DNA of 64,000 nt from Candidatus Hydrogenedentota bacterium (GTDB lineage: Bacteria > Hydrogenedentota > Hydrogenedentia > Hydrogenedentales > SLHB01): contig CAVUWV010000024.1 in the NCBI GenBank assembly GCA_963745075.1, positions 448,443-512,442 of the forward strand, in the 5' to 3' direction. The notes under the pieces were generated by a model that worked only from the letters and a program-made list of their open reading frames with translations, made no database searches and was not told where the DNA came from. Each line of letters begins with the position of its first letter. Position 1 is the first letter of the stretch. The translations under genes were made by a program, and so were the position numbers. Below, piece after piece: positions 1 to 9,673 of the stretch.

Positions 1-128
1 CAAGCGAATGGCACGGCCGCCGGAGACTGACCAAAGCCCTGATCACCCTGGCCTTCATCATCCTCGTCGCAGCGGTGATTATCATCACGTACGGCAACTA
101 CCTCGGCGAACAAGCCGCGGGCGGGTGA
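1..128 (+). CDS. 3' end of a membrane protein, resembling the C-terminus of L-rhamnose/H+ symporter (RhaT-like)
   Basis: Manual translation SEWHGRRRLTKALITLAFIILVAAVIIITYGNYLGEQAAGG*: EW..R motif followed by a TM helix ending in YGN. Partial at the window edge. Confidence 0.45.
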   Translation, partial: SEWHGRRRLTKALITLAFIILVAAVIIITYGNYLGEQAAGG

Positions 129-148
129 CGCACCCCGCGAAACGCCCC

Positions 149-229
149 ATGTAGCGCAGGCGTCCCGCCTGCAATGTCGCTAGATTATGTTGAACCAACA
201 AGAATGCAGGCGAGACGCCTGCGCTACAT
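149..229. repeat. Inverted pair of GTAG-type REP palindromes
   Basis: ATGTAGCGCAGGCGTCCCGCCTGCA ... TGCAGGCGAGACGCCTGCGCTACAT. The same pair occurs at 5888-5970 and a single copy at 28866-28892. Confidence 0.85.
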
Positions 230-325
230 TCCGTGTCCCTTTCGTATAGGGTTTCGGGTAGAGACTCTTAATCGTACCGTCCCCATGGGATTGAAGAATC
301 AACGCGGCTGGAAGCCGCGTCTACG

Positions 326-1712
326 CTATTGCTCTGTCTGGTCGTCGGCCGATTTGCCGGTGTAGGTGGCTTCGGCGTGGGCGCGCTCGGGGGAGCCGAT
401 GGGGTACGCCTCGGGCGGGACTTTGCCGGTTCGGACGGCGTCGAGGTAGTCCTGGAGGAGTTTGGCGGATTCGGGGGACAGGTCTACTTGGTTGGGGGCG
501 TCGGTGGTTGCGGGATCTCCTTGTTCGTTTTCGGGTTGGGGCGGGAGGTGGAGGTGGCCGAGGATGGCTTCGGCGAGTTCTTGGGAGACGGATTGTTTGG
601 CGGGGCGGTAGCTGGCTAGGACGTGGTCGCGTTCGGACGTGGCGAATGCTTCGTCGATGCGGCCGGCTTCGTCGAAGGCTTCGCACATTTCGATGTCGCG
701 GCCTTGGCCTCCGGCGAGGGTGGCGCGTTGGATGTAGGCTTTGGCGTGGGTCTCGGGGGTTTGGGGCGGGAGTTGGGCGTCGGCCAGGGAATCGGGGTCG
801 AGGCCGGTGTCGTGTTGGGCGCGTTGGGCGTGGCGGAGGACGCCGTCGGCGGAGGGGGGTGCACCCATGTTGTTTTGACGGAACAAGGGGGTGTTGGGCT
901 GGGCGTAGAGGAGTTTTAGGGTGTGGCGGTATTCGCGCATAAGGCGGGTGAAGGCGAGGAGGGTGTTGGGGTTAAGGGTTTCGGGAGGACCAGAACAAGA
1001 GGAAGAACACAGGCTAGAAGCCTGTGCTCCAGAGGATGAAGAACACGGGCGGGACGCCCATGCCCCAGGGGGGGAAGCCCATACTTCCGGGGCCTGGGCC
1101 AAATGGGTGGTGGCGGCGTTGACGAGGACTTGGAGCATGGCGACGTTGTGGGCGGTGTGGATGCCCATGGGGTTGGGGTGGGGTTGGGATTCGACGATGG
1201 CGAGGGCGTCGGTTAGGACGGTGTTGTATTCGGCCAACTGATAAACGCAGGTGGCTGGCGATTGCGGGGGCGCGGGGTCGGGGGAATGGGACGTATAGGA
1301 CGAAGAATCGCACGGATCGGACCGATCGGTCGGGTGGGGAAACTCTGAAGATGGGTCCCCGCCTGCGCGGGGATGACGGTTAACGCGGTGTGTCGTGGGT
1401 GTTGGCGAGGGGGCAATTCTCCCAGTGGGGGCAGGCGTTGGTGCAGGGTCTCAGGCGGCGGGAGTAGAGGCCGTGGATGTGGGCGTTGCGGTTGCCGGGG
1501 GGTGCGCCGGTGAGGTCGAAGCCGCCGTGGAATTGGCAGCGTCCGGAGGGGTGGTCGGATTCGTTGCAGCAGGGCGTGCCGTCGGGGAGGCGTGCGCCGC
1601 AGATTCGGTGGTTGAGTTCGGTTTCTTTGGCGTTGACGGTGGCGATCCAGTCGTTGGTCCAGGAGCGGGCGCAGGGGGTGCCGAGATTCGTGAGGGTGGG
1701 GTTGGTTGGCAT
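326..1712 (-). CDS. HGGxSTG-domain protein (phage-associated, possible small terminase-like), apparently one gene with a frameshift near 1385-1400
   Basis: RICGARLPDGTPC...GRCQFHGGFDLTGAPPGNRNAHIHGLYS motif. RBS AAGAAGGA precedes ATG at 1712. The frame of ORF 326..1237 stays open upstream to ~1400 (...PATCVYQLAEYN). Confidence 0.65.
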
Positions 1713-1747
1713 GGGTGGATTCCTTCTTATAAGGGTAGGCGGAAATG

Positions 1748-1777
1748 TCCTTATAGATATTGCGCGGGGGGTTGCAG
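1748..1777 (-). promoter_or_regulatory. Conserved 30-bp upstream motif CTGCAAC(C/G)CCCCGCGCAATAT(C/T)TATAAGGA
   Basis: 28/30 identical to 29484-29513. Both copies lie just upstream of minus-strand ATGs. Confidence 0.55.
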
Positions 1778-1789
1778 TCGAAGAGGACC

Positions 1790-2740
1790 TCACCACGAAG
1801 GCGCGAAGGATACGAAGATGGGATGGGGAAATAATGAATCAAAGAACTATGAATGGCTGGCGTAGGGAAATGAAGAAAGACAAAACAATGGAACGCGGAT
1901 TTGGCGGATGGTGCGGATTGGCGCGGATTTTCTGTCGGGGAGGGGGAAGAGGATACTCACCGCGAAGACGCGAAGGGCGCGAAGATGGGAGGGCTGGAGT
2001 CTGGAATCACTGGGAGCGCCTGGCACCAGCCTAGCGAGGGTCAGAGGGGAAATGAAGAAGGTCAGAACAATGGAACGCGGATTTGGCGGATGGTGCGGAT
2101 TGGCGCGGATTTTCTGTCGGGGAGGGGGAAGAGGATCTCACCGCGAAGACGCGAAGGGCGCGAAGATGGGAGTCTGGAGTCTGGAATCACTGGGAGCGCC
2201 TGGCACCAGCCTAGCGAGGGTCGGAGAGGGGAAATTGCGAATTAGGAATTACGAATTAGGAATTGGGGAGGAGGCGGGAGGCTGGCGTGAAATTGTGAAG
2301 GAGAGAACAATGGAACGCGGATTTGGCGGATGGTGGGGAAGAGGATCTCACCACGAAGTGCACGAAGGACACGAAGATGAGAGGGGGAAATGATGAATTG
2401 AAGAATTTTTAATGGCTGGGGGCACGGAAATGAAGCAATGGAACGCGGATTTGACGGATGATGCGGATTGGCGCGGATCTTTTATTGGGGAGGGGTCGAA
2501 GAGGATCTTACCGCGAAGACGCGAAGGGCGCGAAGATGGGAGGGCTGGGGGCAGGGAAATCAAGAAAGATAGAACAATGGAACGCGGATTTGGCGGATGG
2601 TGCGGATTGGCGCGGATCTTTTGTTGGGGAGGGGTCGAAGAGGATCTTACCGCGAAGGCGCGAAGGACGCGAAGATGGGAGGGCTGGAGTCTGAAATCAC
2701 TGGGAGCGCCTGGCACCAGCCTGGCGAGGGTCGGAGGGGG
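1790..2740. repeat. Degenerate tandem array of modular ~130-240 bp units
   Basis: ACAATGGAACGCGGATTTGGCGGATG recurs at ~1885, 2067, 2307, 2436 (variant) and 2574, together with CCGCGAAGACGCGAAGGGCGCGAAG and CACTGGGAGCGCCTGGCACCAGCCT modules. Confidence 0.9.
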
Positions 2741-3273
2741 AAACGTTTGCGGGTTTAGGGAAGTCTGTAGTCCGTAGCCTGGAGGAACAAAGGCGAAGAG
2801 TGAAGAGGATTTGTCCGCAGATGGCGTGGATTGGCGCGGATGAAGAGAAGAGTGTGGGTCCACAGATTTCACAGATTCTCACATATGTACTATGAAACGG
2901 GATTCATATTGGCCCCGTTAGGGGCTTCGGATTTTAGCCCAGGGTGGAGCGAGGCACGAGCGGAACCCTGGGTCCAAGGACCCCTTCGCGATCAAGCCCT
3001 GGAAAGGGCGGAGGAACCGGTCGCACCCGTTGAATGAACTGCGACAGAAATTCACGATTTTGATTGTGAGTAGTACAGATTTACACCGATTTAGGAGGTA
3101 AGAAAGGCATTTGAGATTTGAGGAGGGAATCACTGGGAGCGGCTGGCCGTCATCCTAGCGAACGCGGGGACAGCCTGGCGGGTTGGGATGGGAAATGGGG
3201 AATTGGGAATTACGAATTAGGAATGGCTGGGCGGGGTCGGGATGTGTGATTTGCCCGGAATTTCGTAGTCTGT

Positions 3274-3412
3274 GGAGCCGTTGAAAAACCCTGCCCCATT
3301 GCGACGACACCACAATTTGGGTTTCAAGATTGACCTACAAGCGGCGATCTCCCTTGAAGATGAATCTAAGCAGGGTCATTTACGGACCTGCCGGGACTTT
3401 TTCAACGGCTCC
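3274..3412. mobile_element. MITE with IS1182/IS5-like terminal inverted repeats
   Basis: GGAGCCGTTGAAAAA ... TTTTTCAACGGCTCC, flanked by the direct repeat TCTGT. No ORF inside. Confidence 0.75.
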
Positions 3413-3452
3413 TCTGTCCCTTAATTTCCTTGGGGTAGTTTGGCAGGGCAGT

Positions 3453-4463
3453 TCACCCTGACTGATCATCATGTTTGTCATCGACGGCTTCCGCGCCGCC
3501 CCAATACCTAGCGACCGTTTCGCTCACATTGTCGTAGGTCGGAAACATATAAGCCCGATTCCTTTTTTCCTTGTAAAGCAGGTCCGACAGTTTCGAAACC
3601 TCTCGGTTTGGAAGAGTAAGTTTTACAAGAACAGGCGGATCAACGACGTGGGACGCCATTACTCGCTGGATTACGTCTTCTAAACACGGCCATTTCCTGT
3701 CACGCTCAAAATCATTATATGCCTTGTCGTAGTAAGTGAAGACACCATCCTGTGCGTGAATGAACTCAAATCCATGGTGATGTACTGCGAATTTCTTGAT
3801 GTGTCGGTGGCGCAATCCCTTGAGCGTAGCTAGATCAAGCGCCCACACCGCAATTCGGTCCGGCGGTTGCTCATTACTATCACTTCTGCAACCCGGCTCT
3901 CGGGTCGCAAAATAGGCAGCTACCAATGGATCAAGAGTCCAGTCTAATAACATTGTTGGGATGCCGTGGTGTTGAGCGAAAGCCATCGCCTGTGTTGGAA
4001 ACTTGAAGTGTGACTTGATCTCGGAAATTGTCTGAACCCGATCAACGTATCCGTCTGAATCGAAGAACCAATCGTCAGGTATGTATAGACCAACGGCATT
4101 ACACAATGATCCGAAGTCGTTCACAGCTTGTAACTGCGCCGCCAAATCGACGATGGCTCGGAAGTCGATTTGCGAGCGGTCCTTTTGCTTGCGATCCCAC
4201 TCGGCACCGATTTCACTTTCAAATCTGTCGAGTAATTGCTTGTATGGGGAGGTGCGAACATCTTCGCGCCATGCTGGGGGGCGTAACGTCCAAGTGCTAT
4301 CTCTATGGCCCCTGAACAGCCAAGGGCATGTAAGGCCCGGCCCCCACCTTTCGACGTTCGTAATCCTTAGCTCATTGAGAAACTCGTCAGCACTATCAAG
4401 CGGAACGATTTTAATTACGTTCGAATACGTCGCGTGGATGTCGTCAGCGCTATCAATGCCCAT
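3453..4463 (-). CDS. FRG domain-containing protein
   Basis: WLFRGH, AQHHGIPTMLLDWT.DPLVAAYFA and AQDGVF motifs. Visibly more AT-rich than its flanks. Confidence 0.9.
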   Translation of the reverse strand: MGIDSADDIHATYSNVIKIVPLDSADEFLNELRITNVERWGPGLTCPWLFRGHRDSTWTLRPPAWREDVRTSPYKQLLDRFESEIGAEWDRKQKDRSQIDFRAIVDLAAQLQAVNDFGSLCNAVGLYIPDDWFFDSDGYVDRVQTISEIKSHFKFPTQAMAFAQHHGIPTMLLDWTLDPLVAAYFATREPGCRSDSNEQPPDRIAVWALDLATLKGLRHRHIKKFAVHHHGFEFIHAQDGVFTYYDKAYNDFERDRKWPCLEDVIQRVMASHVVDPPVLVKLTLPNREVSKLSDLLYKEKRNRAYMFPTYDNVSETVARYWGGAEAVDDKHDDQSG

Positions 4464-4922
4464 CGTTGTCTACCCTCTTAGCCCCTTTCGTGTCTTTCCG
4501 TCCAGATGACAATATAGGTCCCCAATTGTGGCGTCAATACACCTTTCGGACACACAACCAACACACTTTCCCGAAACCGCCGAAACCTGCCGGATTGCGT
4601 GTTGCCACTGTTGCCCTGTAATCGTTAAAAAAGGACTTGCGCCTGGCCGTCCGTATTACACGGGCCTACACGGACGGAGGACCTGGGCGGGGACTGGAGG
4701 AAGATGGGTCCCCGCGTTCGCGAGGATGACGGGGTTGGAGATTGCGGATTGCGGACTGCGGATTGCGGATTTGAAGAGCACGGACTTGCACGGGTCGGCG
4801 TAGCCGCAGCTAAATTCGAAATCCGAAGCACGAAATCCGAAACAAGTTTGAATGACCGAATAAGGAATGAGCGAAACGCGCTTTTGGCTGATGGCGAGCG
4901 AGGTGCCGGGGGCACATGTCGC

Positions 4923-5482
4923 GGCGGCCAGGCTGGTGCCTGGCGGTCCCAGTGGTGCGGAAGACGCCCGGCGTGGAAGCCGGGCGCTACGGTGTGGAGG
5001 CTAGTTGATGGGGTGTAGCGTCGGCCTTTTCGATGGTTGGTTTGGGCTTCGAGGCGGCCAGGCTGGAGCCTGGCGGTCCCAGTGGTGCGGAAGACGCCCG
5101 GCGTGGAAGCCGGGCGCTACGGTGTGGAGGCTAGTTGATGGGGTGTAGCGTCGGCCTTTTTCGATGGTTGGTTTGGGCTTCGAGGCGGCCAGGCTGGTGC
5201 CTGGCGGTCCCAGTGGTGCGGAAGACGCCCGGCGTGGAAGCCGGGCGCTACGGTGTGGAGGCTAGTTGATGGGGTGTAGCGTCGGCCTTTTTCGATGGTT
5301 GGTCTGGGCTTCGAGGCGGCCAGGCTGGTGCCTGGCGGTCCCGGTGGTACGGAGAACAGCGCGGCGTGGAAGCTGGACGCTACGGTGTGGAGGCTAGTTG
5401 ATGGGGTGTAGCGTCGGCCTTTTTCGATGGTTGGTTTGGGCTTCGAGGCGGCCAGGCTGGTGCCTGGCGCTCCCAGTGGTGC
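4923..5482. repeat. ~131-bp tandem array (~4.3 copies), BIME-like
   Basis: Units start at ~4923, 5053, 5184, 5315 and 5447. Each carries GCCAGGCTGGTGCCTGGC and CCCGGCGTGGAAGCCGGGCGCTAC palindromes. Confidence 0.92.
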
Positions 5483-5887
5483 AACGGGGGGCGGTTTATT
5501 TATGGGGGAGGTTTGTGACGTGTGACTTTTGGAGATTGGGATGTTGGATCGATTGGTTGCGCGGGTTGGAGCGGTTGGGACTGATCAGGAGTTTTGCCCT
5601 TTCAGGGCGTTGCGTGGGGGCGGTGCTTGTTTCCCAGGGCGTTGCCCTGGGCTTTCCTGTTGTGGCCCGTTGGGCCGGAATGTAGAGATTCCAGGTGTAG
5701 GCTGGTAGCGCGCACCATAACCAACGGCCCCGGAGTAATCCCCAAGATGCCGCGCATTTCCAGTGGCCTGGGCTTTCCTGTTGTGGCCCGTCGGGCCAGG
5801 ATGTAGGAATTGCAGGTGCAGGTTGGAAGTCTGCACCACAACCCAACCGCGGAGTGGTCCGTGTCCGTCCGTGCCTATCCGTGTAGC

Positions 5888-5970
5888 CGGATGTAGCGCA
5901 GGCGTCCCCGCCTGCAATTCCTGAGATAAAACCGCGAAGAATGCAGGCGGGGACGCCTGCGCTACATCCG
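5888..5970. repeat. Inverted GTAG-REP pair
   Basis: Same family as 149-229. Confidence 0.85.
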
Positions 5971-5986
5971 CTGCTCAACCCCGAGA

Positions 5987-7615
5987 GTGAACCCCAAAAT
6001 GCCACGGAAATCCAACCGGCTAGCGGCCTTCGCCAACTGCCTTCCGAAGCTCGACAATCAAGGTAAGCCCGTGTCCATGGGTGTCGGTCCGTGTCCGTCG
6101 ATCGAGTCGCGGGCGGTGTTTGCGTGTGAGTATTTGCGGGATCGGCGGGGGCGGCCGTGGGTGCCGTGGGAGTATCAGCGTCTGTCCTTGGAATCGCAGC
6201 GCACCTCGGAAGGTGCATTGCGATGGGCGGGATGTGGGGAAGACGTCGGAAATTGAAATCATTGCGGCGTGGGCTTCGGTGATGCGGCCGAATTCGCAGA
6301 TGTTGATTGCGACGCAGTGTGAGAATCATTTGTTTCCGTTGATGGACCGGATCGTGCGGGTGTTTGAAAGCGATTCATGGAAAGAGGGACAGACCGGTCT
6401 ATGGAAGAAAGAGGGAATGAAAGAGGGACATGGGCGTGGAAAAGAGGGACAGACACGTCTCGGAAAGAAGAGGGACAGACCCGGCTCCCTTCGGTCGCTG
6501 GGGTCAGTCCCTTGGTGGAGGTGAAACGGACGCCGTCGTGGTGTTTGCGGTTTGCGAACGGGTTTGTGTTGTGGGGGCGGATCGCGGGGCCGCATGGGAT
6601 GAATTTCCAGGGGCTGCACGTGGATTGGCAGATCGTGGATGAGGCGCAGGAGATGACGGATGCGGCGTGGGAGGAGATGTTTCAGGCGTTGAACGCCGGC
6701 GGGTGGCGCTGGGTGTATGGGGTGCCGAACGGGTTGCGGAACACGTTTCACCGGATGACGACGGACCCGGACGCGGAACAGTACAACTGGCCGTCGTCGT
6801 CGAATCCGGCATGGTCGGCGGCGAAGGACGCCGAACTGGCGCGGTTGTACGGGGGCAAGGATTCGCCGGGGTACGTGCATCGCGTGTTGGGGCAACACGG
6901 ATCGCCGGCGTATGCGGTGTTCGATCTGAACGCGTATCTCGCGTGTGTGGACGAGGGGATCGAGTGGTTCGAGGCGTCGCTGGGGGAGGACGACCCCTTC
7001 GAGGCGCCGTCGGGGGTGGCGAAGGGGACCTATTACCTGGGCTGCGACCTGGGGTACGTGCGGGACCCGTCGGAGTTTGTGATCTACCGGAGTGCGCCGC
7101 CGGATTTGGTGAACGTGGGGCGGGTGCACTTGCACGGGGTCAATTACCACCGGCAGCAGGGCATCATCGAGGAGCTGGATCGCGCGTACGACTTCCGGGC
7201 CATCGGCATCGATGCGGGGAACAACGGGAGCGCGGTGGCGCATAACCTGAAGAACATCGACGTGGACTGGCACGAGAAGGTCATGGCCTTTGAGTTCGGC
7301 GGCGTCACGGAGACGGGGACGTTTCCGGACGGGACGCCGGACCGGCGTCCGACGAAGCTGTTCATGACGGAGTTGTTGCAGCGGCGGATGGCGGACCGGA
7401 CCATTGCTTTTCCGCCGCTGGCGGATCGGGAGTCGCAGTACGCGGGGCACACGTACACCGCCGGGATGCGGGGTCAGGTCCTGTTCGACAAGGGGAACGA
7501 CCATATCATCGACGCGGATCGGTGTGCGGTGCTGGCGCATTACCTCGACACGCAGGAGGTGGGCGCGCGCAACGTCGGTGGATACTATCCCGGTCTCCGG
7601 CTGGAGGCGTTTTAG
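5987..7615 (+). CDS. Phage terminase large subunit (two frame changes; repeat insertion at ~6378-6511)
   Basis: Adenine-binding PWEYQ, Walker A GRDVGKT, Walker B WQIVDEAQ, and RNase H-like nuclease motifs YLGCDLG, IGIDAG, NDHIIDA, spread over ORFs 5987, 6081 and 6377. Confidence 0.82.
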
Positions 7616-7704
7616 TGTCGCGAGGAACGAGTACGAGCAGTCAGGGGCTCAGAACTGGTGGCTGTTGAACACTCAGGAATCATCCCCGCACTTCCTGTGT
7701 TCTT

Positions 7705-7737
7705 ATACTTGACTTTAGTTATCCAATAAGTCATAAT
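7705..7737 (+). promoter_or_regulatory. Sigma70-type promoter of the sulfite reductase gene, overlapping an Rrf2/IscR-like box
   Basis: TTGACT-17 bp-CATAAT. ATACTTGACT matches the left half of the IscR type-1 consensus. Confidence 0.55.
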
Positions 7738-7883
7738 TCCGGTCCCGGAGGATGTGGGGACGGTTGTAGGATTGCCCGGAAGTCTGCTAGACTACGGCTT
7801 TTGTACGGAACCAACGGTTTCGTGCGCAAGGACACCGCGAACATCCCAAGGGGTTGGAATCCGGATAGTTAGGAGTAATTGGC

Positions 7884-9646
7884 ATGGCAGAGCAGCACAA
7901 CGCGGAAAAGCAGGAAACCAAGCGGTCCGCGGTTGAAAAGATTAAGGATACAAGCGAAGGGCTCTATGGTCCCATCGGGCAGGAGCTTGGGGACGGCACG
8001 CCGAAGTTCGGCGAGGAGTCCATCCAGCTCTTGAAGCATCATGGCACCTACCAGCAGGACGACCGGGACACCCGGACCGAGCGCAAGAAGGCGAAGGAGC
8101 CGTGGGACTACAAGTTCATGGTGCGGACCAAGTTTCCCGGCGGGAACATCACGGCGGAGCAGTATCTGATCTGCGACGACCTGTCGGCGAAACACGGACA
8201 GAACGACCTGCGGGTAACGTCGCGCCAGTGCTTCCAGTTCCACGGCGTCGTCAAAGGCAAACTTTACCCGCTTTTGCATGAATTGAACCGTCTCGCGAAG
8301 ATAACGACCATGGGCGCTTGCGGCAACGTCGTGCGCAACACCATGGCCTGCCCGGTGATCGACATCGACCCGAAATACGCGGCGTACGGGACCGACCTGA
8401 TTCAGAAAGCAAAAGAGATCAGCGCCCACTTCTTGCCGAAGACCACGGCCTACTACGACCTTTGGGTTAACGACGAGAAGGTGGACGTCAACGAAGACGG
8501 CACGATCCGCGTGAAACCGCGCGACGAAAAACCGGCCGAAGAGCCCATCTACGGGAAGACCTATCTGCCCCGGAAATTCAAGATCGGGCTCACCGTCGAT
8601 TTCGACAATGCCATCGACGTCTACACGCAGGACGTCGGCGTCATCGCCGTTACGGAAAACGGGAAGATCATTGGGTACGAAGTGCTCACCGGCGGCGGAC
8701 TCGGCTACACGCATCGCAAAGCGGAGACCTACTCCCGCTTGGGCACTCCCTTTGCCTTCGTGCAAGAGGACGAACTGATCCCATTGCTCGAAGCCATCGT
8801 CAAGGTCCAGCGGGACCATGGCGGCCGTGCCGACCGCAAGCACGCGCGCATGAAATACCTCATCGACGACTGGGGTTTTGACAAGTTCAAGCAGACGGTC
8901 TTCGAGTACGCGGGCCGCAGCTATCCCGAGCCGAAGGGCATCACGCCCACCGACCAGCCGGACTACCTGGGTTGGCACAAGCAGGTTCAGGACGGTTTGA
9001 ACTACGTGGGCATCTGGGTTGAGAACGGGCGCATTCGCGATTTCGAGGGCAGCTTCCAGTTCCGCACGGGCCTGCGCGAGATCGTCAGCCGCTTCAATCC
9101 GGACATTCGCCTGACGCCCCATCACAACGTCGTGCTCGCCAACATCCGCGACGAAGACGTGGACGAAGTACAGGCGATACTGGACAAGCACCATATTCCG
9201 ACCGACAAAGGCGTTTCCGCCGTTCGCCGGTTGGAAATGGCCTGCCCGGCCTTGCCGTTCTGCGGGCTGGCCCTGGCCGAAGCCGAACGGGCTATGCCGG
9301 ACATCATCGAGAAAATCGAAGCCGCCGGCCACGCGGATGCGGGCGTGATCATCCGCATGAGCGGCTGCCCGAACAACTGCTCCGGCCTCGGACCGCCGAG
9401 GTGGGCATTATCGGGAGCGGCTCGGATCGTTACGTCATTTACACCGGCGGCGACTACTTGGGCACACGCCTGAACGAGCCGCTCGCGGAAAAAGTAAAGA
9501 TCGACGACGTCGCGCCGATGGTCTCGGCGTTGCTGTCCGCATGGAAATCCAATCGAAACGATGGCGAGCGCTTCGGCGACTGGTCGTTCCGGATCGGTAT
9601 CGAGGGTCTGAAACCGTACGTCGAGTCCGCCGCGCCGTCGGCATAG
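7884..9646 (+). CDS. cysI: Sulfite reductase, siroheme/4Fe-4S hemoprotein (frameshift ~9385)
   Basis: HGTYQQDDRD, RVTSRQCFQFHG, YLPRKFKIG, ACPALPFCGLA, SGCPNNC. The C-terminus continues in ORF 9401..9646 (GERFGDW). Confidence 0.92.
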
Positions 9647-9673
9647 ATTCGCCGACAAGACGCTGCAAGGCGG

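Noticed and set aside
1790..2740. Possible CRISPR array
   Set aside because: The sequences between repeats are themselves repeated, the period is irregular, and no cas genes are present.
1901..2882. Overlapping ORFs in the repeat field
   Set aside because: They are translations of repeats in several frames, with no recognisable domain.
4923..5482. Possible CRISPR array or coding repeat
   Set aside because: Whole units are near-identical with no unique spacers, and the ~131-bp period is not a multiple of 3.
7740..7880. SAM riboswitch upstream of cysI
   Set aside because: I could not find the SAM-I core motifs (AUC.AGAG, GCAAC). An Rfam search would be needed.
9380..9400. Programmed frameshifting in cysI and other genes
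   Set aside because: No slippery sites are evident, and the breaks are too widespread. Sequencing error is the simpler explanation.
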